This document shows positions 57,669 through 64,000 of a stretch of DNA of 64,000 nt, one piece after another. The notes beneath the pieces are model-generated. The model was not told the origin of the DNA. It searched no databases and saw only the letters and a list, made by a program, of their open reading frames with translations. Origin of the DNA: Kiloniellales bacterium (GTDB taxonomy: Bacteria; Pseudomonadota; Alphaproteobacteria; Kiloniellales; JAKSDN01); NCBI GenBank assembly GCA_028280455.1, contig JANQLT010000157.1, positions 28,215 to 92,214 of the forward strand, in the 5' to 3' direction. The position numbers and the translations under genes were made by a program. How positions within the stretch are numbered: the stretch's first letter is position 1; each line of letters starts with the position of its first letter.

Positions 57669-58706
57669 ATGGCCGCCGACCACAGCGCCGCCGAGCTGCG
57701 CCGCAACGAAGAGGTCTTCCTGCAGGGCCTCTACTGGTGGGGGATCCCGACGCTGTTCCGCTGCCCCGCCGCCGACTCGCCGGCCGACTGCGACATCGCC
57801 CTGGTCGGCGTGCCGCACAGCACCGGCAACGGCACGACGGAGCGCGATCAGCACCTGGGGCCGCGGGCGGTGCGCGACATCTCGGCCCTCGGCCGGCGCG
57901 TCCACATGAAGTACCAGCTCGACCCCTGGACCAGCGCGCGGATTCACGATCTGGGCGACGTGCCCCTGCCGGAAGGCAACAACAACGAGAAGTCGATCGA
58001 GCACATCACCGAGTTCTATCGCGTCCTCGACGAGGCCGGCACGCCGGCGGTCTCGATCGGCGGCGACCACTCGATCACCGGCGGCATCCTGCAGGCCTTC
58101 GGCGGCCGCGGCTCGAGGCTCTCCGGCGGCGAGAAGGTCTCCCTGCTGCACTTCGACGCCCACACCGACGCCTTCCAGAACATGGAGCACTTCCTCGGCG
58201 CGCGGAAATCGGCGGCCCACTGGGCGGCCTATCTGGTGACCGACGAGCACGTCGACGCCTCGCGCAGCGTGCAGGTCGGCATCCGCGGCAATCCCCGGAC
58301 CCTGGATTGGCTGCAGCCGAGCTACGACCTGGGCTACGAGGTCGTCACGATGGACCGCTACGCCGAGCTCGGCCCGGCGCGCTGCATCGAGATCATCCGC
58401 GAGCGGCTCGAGGGGCGTCCGGTCTACGTGACCTTCGATCTGGATTGCCTCGACCCGACCGTCGCGCCCGGCGTCGCCAACATCGAGGCGGGCAGCACCG
58501 GCTTCACCGCGGCGCAGGCCATCGAGCTGATCCAGGCGGCGCGCGGCCTGAACGTCATCGGCGGCGACGTGGTCTGCCTGATGCCGACGCGCGACAACCC
58601 GAACCGCATCACATCCATGGTGGCCAACGCCGTCATGTTCGAGATCGTCTGCCTGATCGCCGACCGCCTGCGCCAAGGCGGCGGCGATGGGGCGGCGGCA
58701 AGTTGA
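57669..58706 (+). CDS. Ureohydrolase (agmatinase / guanidino-acid hydrolase family)
   Basis: Mn-binding motifs SIGGDHSITGG, LLHFDAHTD and VTFDLDCLDP. Confidence 0.85.
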   Translation: MAADHSAAELRRNEEVFLQGLYWWGIPTLFRCPAADSPADCDIALVGVPHSTGNGTTERDQHLGPRAVRDISALGRRVHMKYQLDPWTSARIHDLGDVPLPEGNNNEKSIEHITEFYRVLDEAGTPAVSIGGDHSITGGILQAFGGRGSRLSGGEKVSLLHFDAHTDAFQNMEHFLGARKSAAHWAAYLVTDEHVDASRSVQVGIRGNPRTLDWLQPSYDLGYEVVTMDRYAELGPARCIEIIRERLEGRPVYVTFDLDCLDPTVAPGVANIEAGSTGFTAAQAIELIQAARGLNVIGGDVVCLMPTRDNPNRITSMVANAVMFEIVCLIADRLRQGGGDGAAAS

Positions 58707-58818
58707 ACGAGAGAACAGGGAGCTTGAACCGAGAATCAACAAGTTAAAGCGGCTCACGGGGCCGCCGAGTCGAAAGCAAGCAATGACGCGTGAAACCCAG
58801 AACAAGGGAGCGAGTTCG

Positions 58819-59778
58819 ATGAGAACCTCAGCAAAGTTGATTTCCACCTGTGTCGCCGCCCTCATGGCGTCGGCCTTGAGCGCGCAGGCCGCCGATGTCG
58901 TCATCGGCGTGCCCAACTGGCCGTCGGTCAATGCCGAGGCGCACATTCTGAAGGTCATCATGGAAGACAACCTCGGCCTCGAGGTCGAGCTTCAGAACGG
59001 CACCAACCCGGTCATCTTCGAGGCCATGGACAAGGGCAGCATGCACGTCCATCCCGAGGTCTGGCTGCCGAACCAGCAAAATCTGCACGACAAGTTCGTC
59101 AAGACCAACGACACGGTTCGGATGAACCCGAACGGGGCCGAAGCCTTCCAGGGCATGTGCGTCGCCAAGCATACCGCCGACGCCCTCGGCATCTCCTCGA
59201 TCACCGATCTCTCCGATCCCGACATGGCCGCCAACTTCGATTCCAACGGCGACGGCAAGGGCGAGATCTTCATCGGGGCGCCCGGCTGGGCCTCGACCAT
59301 CGTCGAGAAGATCCGGGCCAAGAGCTACGGCTACGACGAGGTCCTGGAGCTGACCGAGATGGACGAGTCCGTGGCCTACGGCAACCTCGACTCGGCGATC
59401 AGCGCCAACAAGCACTGGGTCGGCTTCTGCTACACGCCGCACCATCTCTTCAACCTGCATGAGCTGGTCGTGCTCGACGAGCCGGCGCACAACCCCGACA
59501 CCTGGGAGGTGATCCAGCCGACCGACGATCCGGACTGGCTCGCCAAGTCCAAGGCGGGGAGCGCCTGGTCCTCCGCCTACCTGCACATCCACTACTCGGC
59601 GGCGCTCGAGAAGGCGCAGCCGCAGGCGGCGGCTCTGCTGGCCAACATGGCCTTCACCACCGAGCAGATCAGTGGCATGAGCTATGCGCTGGTGGTCGAG
59701 GACGCTGACCCGCTCGAGTACGCCAACCAGTGGGTGATCGACAACGCCGACCTCGTGGCGGAGTGGCTCACCAAGTAG
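58819..59778 (+). CDS. Glycine betaine/proline-betaine-type ABC transporter binding protein (ProX-like)
   Basis: Start at the ATG at 58819, preceded by AAGGGAG. Signal peptide ending SAQA and an OpuAC-type sequence (VIGVPNWPSVNAEAHIL, HVHPEVWLPNQ). Confidence 0.8.
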   Translation: MRTSAKLISTCVAALMASALSAQAADVVIGVPNWPSVNAEAHILKVIMEDNLGLEVELQNGTNPVIFEAMDKGSMHVHPEVWLPNQQNLHDKFVKTNDTVRMNPNGAEAFQGMCVAKHTADALGISSITDLSDPDMAANFDSNGDGKGEIFIGAPGWASTIVEKIRAKSYGYDEVLELTEMDESVAYGNLDSAISANKHWVGFCYTPHHLFNLHELVVLDEPAHNPDTWEVIQPTDDPDWLAKSKAGSAWSSAYLHIHYSAALEKAQPQAAALLANMAFTTEQISGMSYALVVEDADPLEYANQWVIDNADLVAEWLTK

Positions 59779-59904
59779 CAGGACCGGACCCGCGGGCGCC
59801 GGCTCCATAGCGAGCCGGCGCCCCGGCCCTCCGGCCTCTCGATTCGACAAGAAAAACAGGGGCGTCGCCCGCGGCCTCGGGGGTGTCCCGGACAGGGGGT
59901 TGCA

Positions 59905-60963
59905 ATGGACCAGCCGGTATCGGACGCGGTCATAGACCTGCAAGGCGTCTGGAAGATCTTCGGCGACAAGTCGGCGGAGGCGATGACGGCGATCAAGAAC
60001 GAGGGCCTGGGCAAGGCCGAGGTCTTGCAGCAGTACGGCTGCGTCGTCGGGATCGCCGATGTCTCCTTCTCCATTCCGCGCGGCGAGGTCTTCTGCATCA
60101 TGGGCCTCTCCGGCAGCGGCAAATCGACGCTGGTGCGCCACCTCAATCGGCTGATCGAGCCGACCTCGGGCACCATCCGCGTGCTCGGCGAGGACGTCAT
60201 GGGCCTGCCGGACGACCAGCTTCGCGCCATGCGGGCGAAGAAGATCGGCATGGTCTTCCAGCACATGGCGCTGATGCCCCATCGCAGCGTGCGCGACAAC
60301 GTGGCTTTCCCCCTGGAAGTGCAGGGCGAGCCGAAGATCAAGCGCTGGGAGGTGTCGCAGCACGCGCTCTCCCTGGTCAATCTCGACGGCTTCGAGGACC
60401 ACATGCCCCGGCAGCTCTCCGGCGGCATGCAGCAGCGCGTCGGCCTGGCCCGCGCGCTGGCCTCCGATCCCGACGTGCTGCTGATGGACGAGCCCTTCAG
60501 CGCCCTGGACCCGCTGATCCGGCGGCAGCTCCAGACGCAGTTCCTGGAGCTCTCCGAGAAGCTGCACAAGACCACGGTCTTCATCACCCACGATCTCGAC
60601 GAGGCGATCCGCATGGGCAATCGCATCGCCATCATGAAGGACGGCCGGATCGTCCAGATCGGCACGCCGGAAGAGATCGTCACCCAGCCGGCGGACGACT
60701 ATGTCGCCGACTTCGTGCGCAACATCTCGAGACTGAAGCTGGTCTTCGCCCACACCGTCATGGAGCCGCTCGACAGCTACAAGCCGGCCAACGGCGAGGA
60801 CACCAGCAAGTTCCCCCGCGTGACCGAGGACACCGACCTCGATCACCTGATCGACGTCGCCGTCGAAAGCGACGGGCCGATCATCGTCACGGACGCCGGC
60901 GGCAGCGAGATCGGCATCGTCACCAAGAGCGCGCTGCTCACCGGCATTCAGGGAGGCAAGTAG
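59905..60963 (+). CDS. Glycine betaine/proline-type ABC transporter ATP-binding protein (ProV-like) with C-terminal CBS-like region
   Basis: GLSGSGKST, LSGGMQQRVGLARAL, LLMDEPFSALDP. Confidence 0.9.
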   Translation: MDQPVSDAVIDLQGVWKIFGDKSAEAMTAIKNEGLGKAEVLQQYGCVVGIADVSFSIPRGEVFCIMGLSGSGKSTLVRHLNRLIEPTSGTIRVLGEDVMGLPDDQLRAMRAKKIGMVFQHMALMPHRSVRDNVAFPLEVQGEPKIKRWEVSQHALSLVNLDGFEDHMPRQLSGGMQQRVGLARALASDPDVLLMDEPFSALDPLIRRQLQTQFLELSEKLHKTTVFITHDLDEAIRMGNRIAIMKDGRIVQIGTPEEIVTQPADDYVADFVRNISRLKLVFAHTVMEPLDSYKPANGEDTSKFPRVTEDTDLDHLIDVAVESDGPIIVTDAGGSEIGIVTKSALLTGIQGGK

Positions 60964-62493
60964 ATGGCCAGCGAAGCGACCATGGAAGAAGGCGTCGGCC
61001 TGGAGCACTCCGTCGGTGAGTTCGTCGGCCGGGGCGAGACCTACTACTCGCAAGCCTTCACCAAGATCCAGTCGACCCTGGGTTTCGCCTATACCTTCAA
61101 CTGGGCGGCGGCGCTCCTCGGGCCGATCTGGGCGGCGGCGCGCAACCTCTGGGGCTTCTTCTGGATCTTCTCGATCCTCGAGCTGATCGCCCTGGTGCAG
61201 CTCGGCCGCGGCCTCTGGGGCGACCTCGGGGCCGACGAGCTGGCCAAGGCGGCGCGCCTGAGCGAGAAGGCCGAGGTCATGCGCCAGAAGGCGGAGGAAG
61301 CCGCGGCCGCCCAGCAGGACAACGCCGGCGCGCTGGCCACCGTCGCCGAGAACCTGCAGAAGGCGGCCGAGCAGGCGCAGGTGGCGGCCGATGCGGCGAC
61401 CTCGGGCGCCTTCACCGTCACCCTCATCGGCTTGGCCTTGCTGGTCGTGATCAAGGCGATCGAGGGCTTCTACGCCAACGTCCATTACGAGCACCGCTAC
61501 ACGGCCTGGCGGGCCGACCCGGGCATCGGCGCCGGCTTCTCCATGCCCAACCTGCTGCTCGGGCTGGCGCTGCTCGCGGCCATGGTGCCCTTGACGCTCT
61601 ACCGCTTCACGGCCAGCCAGCCGGCCGATCTGGTGACCGAGTTCCCGGTCGACAAGGCCTTCTACAACGGCGTCGCCACCTGGCTGGACGAGTCCTTCTT
61701 CGACCGCATCGCCAACGCCTGGTCGGGCCTGTTCGACGGCATCACCGCGGCGATCCGCAGCCTGCTCGACGGGCTCGAGCTGATCCTGGTCGGCACGCCC
61801 TGGATGGTCTCGCTGGTGGTCATCGTCGCCATCGCCTGGCGCCTGGCCGGCGTGCGCGTCGCCATCTTCACGACGGCGGGCCTGCTCTATCTCGGCTTCT
61901 TCGGCTTCTGGGAGAAGAGCATGATCACCGTGGCCCTGCTCGGCGCCGCGGCCCTGCTGTGCATCTTGATCGGCATTCCGCTCGGCATCTGGTGCGGCAA
62001 GAACAACACGGTCTACACGATCGTCCGGCCGATCCTGGACTTCATGCAGACCATGCCGGCCTTCGTCTACCTGATCCCGGTGATCGCCTTCTTCGGCACC
62101 GGCAAGCCGCCCGGCATCCTGGCCACGGTGATCTTCGGCATGCCGCCGGTGGTGCGCTTGACGGCGCTCGGCATCAAGGGGGTGCCGGAGAACATCAAGG
62201 AGGCGGCGATCGCCTTCGGTTGCAGCCGGCGCAAGCTGCTGTTCGACGTCGAGCTGCCGCTGGCCACGCCGAGCATCATGACCGGCGTCAACCAGACCAT
62301 CCTGATGTGCCTCTCGATGGTCGTCATCGCCTCGCTGATCGGCGCCGAGGGGCTCGGCAGCGAGGTGCTGCTGGCGCTGCAGTACGCGGCCAAGGGGCAG
62401 GGCCTCCTGGCCGGCCTGGCCATCCTGTTCTGCGCCATGATCATCGACCGCATCGTGCAGGGCCGCTTCCAGAAAGCCGAAGACGGTCGCTAG
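60964..62493 (+). CDS. Betaine-type ABC transporter permease (ProW-like) with a ~250-aa N-terminal extension
   Basis: The C-terminal half is a BPD-transporter permease. The N-terminal part has a DUF2628-like motif (YYSQAF...FNWAAALLGPIWAAARNLW) and an Ala/Glu/Gln-rich helix. Confidence 0.85.
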   Translation: MASEATMEEGVGLEHSVGEFVGRGETYYSQAFTKIQSTLGFAYTFNWAAALLGPIWAAARNLWGFFWIFSILELIALVQLGRGLWGDLGADELAKAARLSEKAEVMRQKAEEAAAAQQDNAGALATVAENLQKAAEQAQVAADAATSGAFTVTLIGLALLVVIKAIEGFYANVHYEHRYTAWRADPGIGAGFSMPNLLLGLALLAAMVPLTLYRFTASQPADLVTEFPVDKAFYNGVATWLDESFFDRIANAWSGLFDGITAAIRSLLDGLELILVGTPWMVSLVVIVAIAWRLAGVRVAIFTTAGLLYLGFFGFWEKSMITVALLGAAALLCILIGIPLGIWCGKNNTVYTIVRPILDFMQTMPAFVYLIPVIAFFGTGKPPGILATVIFGMPPVVRLTALGIKGVPENIKEAAIAFGCSRRKLLFDVELPLATPSIMTGVNQTILMCLSMVVIASLIGAEGLGSEVLLALQYAAKGQGLLAGLAILFCAMIIDRIVQGRFQKAEDGR

Positions 62494-62507
62494 CCCTGTA
62501 CCCCAGC

Positions 62508-62537
62508 GGGCCGGGCGGCTTCCTCCCCGCCCGGCCC
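62508..62537 (+). other. GC-rich stem-loop between the permease and methyltransferase genes
   Basis: GGGCCGGGCGG-8 nt-CCGCCCGGCCC, followed 9 nt later by ATTTT. Confidence 0.35.
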
Positions 62538-62555
62538 GTCCGAGGATTTTCCTGG

Positions 62556-64000
62556 ATGGTGTCGGAGACCTCACGCATTCGACGCGGCGGTGGGCGCGAG
62601 GCGAGGCGCGCCAGCCGCACGTCGGGCGAAGCGGAAGCGGATCCCTGTCCGCCCGGCCAGCGCGGCGGCGCCTATCGGCCGCTCGACGAGGCCGGCCTGC
62701 AGGCGATCTACGGGACCGCGCTGAAGATCCTCGACGAGATCGGCATGGGCGAGGCGCCGCCCGCCGTCGTCGAGCGGGCCGAGGCGCGCGGCGCCCGCCT
62801 GAACGGTCTCGGTCGGCTCTGCTTCCCGCCCGACCTGGTCGAGGCGGTGATCGAGCAGGCGGCCAAGCGCTTCGTCTTCCACGGCCGCGCGCCGGGCCAG
62901 GACATCGAGGTCGGCGGCGAGCGGGTCTACTTCGGCACCGGCGGCGCGGCGGTGCAGACGCTCGACCTGGACAGCGGTCTCTATAGGCCCTCGACCTTGC
63001 AGGACCTCTACGACTTCACGCGGCTGATCGACCAGTTGCGCAACGTCGCCTGGTTCACGCGCTGCTGCGTCGCCACTGACGTCGAGGACCCCTTCGACCT
63101 CGACGTCAACACCGCCTATGCCTTGCTGGTCGGCACCACGAAGCCGGTCGGCACCAGCTTCACCCTGGGCGCGCACGTCGCGCCGATCGTCGAGATGTTC
63201 GACTGGGCGCTCGGCGGCCCGGGCCGCTTTCGCGAGCGGCCCTTCTGCAAGGCGCACATCAGCCCGGTGATCTCGCCGCTGCGCTACGGCGAGGACGCCA
63301 CCGACGTGGTCGAAGCCTGCGTTCAGCACGGCGTGCCGATCAACTGCATCATCGCGGCGCAGTCGGGCGCGACCGCCCCGGCGACCCTGGCCGGCATGCT
63401 GGCCCAGACGACGGCGGAGACCCTGGCGGGCCTGATCCTGGTGCACCTCTACGGGCCCGGCCACCCGACGGTCTTCTCCAACTGGCCCCTGGTGATCGAC
63501 CTGCGCAGCGGCGCCTTCTCGGGCGGCGGCGGCGAGAGCGCGCTGCTGAACGCCGCCTCCGGGCAGATCGCCAACTGGCTCGGCCTGCCCGGCGGCGTCG
63601 CCTGCTCGATGGCCGACGCCAAGGCGGTCGACGCCCAGATGGGCTCGGAGAAGGCGCTCTCCGCGCTCGCCGCCGGCCTGGCCGGCGCCAACATGGTCTA
63701 CGAGTCCTCGGGCATGACGGCGAGCCTGCTCGGCGCCTCCTTCGAGGCCTTCGTGCTGGACGACGAGATGCTGAGCCACGTCTACCGGACCATGCGCGGC
63801 ATTGAGGTCGACGAGGAGACGCTGGGCTTTGAGGCGATCCGCGAGACGGTGAGCGGCGAGGGCCACTTCCTCGGCTCGGCCCACACCATGGCCGCCATGC
63901 AGCGCGACTACTTCTACCCGGCTCTGGCCGACCGCGAGACGCCGGCCACCTGGGCCGAGCAGGGCGCCCCCGACATCTGGCGCCAAGCGCGTGACAAGGC
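62556..64000 (+). CDS. Trimethylamine methyltransferase (MttB) superfamily protein, non-pyrrolysine type; 3' end outside the window
   Basis: This gene is not in the ORF track because it has no stop in the window. My translation from the ATG at 62556 is open for 481 codons. MttB-family blocks: RRGGGREARRA N-terminus, ALKILDEIGM, YFGTGGAAV, NCIIAAQSGATAPATLAG, FSGGGGESALLNAA, FVLDDEML, GHFLGSAHT. There is no in-frame TAG. Confidence 0.8.
   Translation, partial: MVSETSRIRRGGGREARRASRTSGEAEADPCPPGQRGGAYRPLDEAGLQAIYGTALKILDEIGMGEAPPAVVERAEARGARLNGLGRLCFPPDLVEAVIEQAAKRFVFHGRAPGQDIEVGGERVYFGTGGAAVQTLDLDSGLYRPSTLQDLYDFTRLIDQLRNVAWFTRCCVATDVEDPFDLDVNTAYALLVGTTKPVGTSFTLGAHVAPIVEMFDWALGGPGRFRERPFCKAHISPVISPLRYGEDATDVVEACVQHGVPINCIIAAQSGATAPATLAGMLAQTTAETLAGLILVHLYGPGHPTVFSNWPLVIDLRSGAFSGGGGESALLNAASGQIANWLGLPGGVACSMADAKAVDAQMGSEKALSALAAGLAGANMVYESSGMTASLLGASFEAFVLDDEMLSHVYRTMRGIEVDEETLGFEAIRETVSGEGHFLGSAHTMAAMQRDYFYPALADRETPATWAEQGAPDIWRQARDK

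Noticed and set aside
58703-58739. Direct repeat TTGAACGAGAGAACA / TTGAACCGAGAATCA between the ureohydrolase and ProX-like genes.
   Set aside because: The repeat is imperfect, overlaps the stop codon and has no counterpart elsewhere in the window. It is too weak to call a regulatory site, although it might mark an internal promoter.
58828-62574. 1248-aa ORF antisense to the ProX/ProV/ProW-like genes.
   Set aside because: It spans three well-supported sense-strand genes and their intergenic gaps, has low-complexity composition and no domains. It is a shadow ORF.
62571-63986. 471-aa minus-strand ORF, the only track ORF covering the last 1.4 kb.
   Set aside because: It is low complexity. The plus strand from 62556 is open to the window end and translates into an MttB-family protein. 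That gene is missing from the track because it has no stop codon in the window.

Overview
The window is a very GC-rich chromosomal segment from an alphaproteobacterium. The lineage call rests on the CtrA/ChpT phosphorelay genes, a DUF3553 mini-protein and alpha-type palindromic intergenic repeats. I support about 60 protein-coding genes and found no rRNA, tRNA, CRISPR array, IS element or integrase.

Gene content from left to right:
- A PiuC-like hydroxylase, an orphan solute-binding protein and a membrane class III cyclase, all on one strand.
- A TupBCA-like (tungstate-type) ABC operon with a coupled M23 peptidase, divergent from fdhD-mobA.
- A Tat-exported, Cys-type membrane formate dehydrogenase operon: DUF3305, DUF3306, TorD-like chaperone, small Tat-signal protein, alpha, beta, small lipoprotein, gamma.
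- An exported hypothetical protein followed by a periplasmic WD40 propeller fused to a cytochrome c domain.
- A repeat-rich intergenic block.
- A LysR gene followed by a two-subunit NAD-linked formate dehydrogenase (NuoE-NuoF fusion plus alpha subunit) and a translationally coupled exported ankyrin-repeat protein.
- DUF3553 and chpT.
- An Fe(III)-type ABC binding protein and permease, with no ATPase gene.
- cheA(REC)-cheW-cheY-cheB-cheR.
- A ten-gene catabolic island: flavin reductase, MarR, HpaB-family oxygenase, Liv-type ABC importer, GntR, enamidase-like amidohydrolase and a DUF1185 protein.
- ctrA, fliI, fliJ; then fasciclin, peroxiredoxin and a frameshifted quinone oxidoreductase.
- A LacI-controlled cluster: DegT-type aminotransferase, DMGDH-like oxidase, ureohydrolase, ProXVW-type importer and a non-Pyl MttB-family methyltransferase that is cut by the window end.

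Most interesting observations:
- A 13-nt GntR-type palindrome occurs three times and links the island into one putative regulon.
- The LacI cluster has a perfect 16-bp operator and an enzyme combination that matches no pathway I can name.
- The WD40-cytochrome c fusion.
- The orphan binding protein paired with the cyclase.
- The exported ankyrin gene coupled to fdsA.

Many long ORFs in the six-frame track are antisense or out-of-frame shadows typical of high-GC DNA, and I rejected them.
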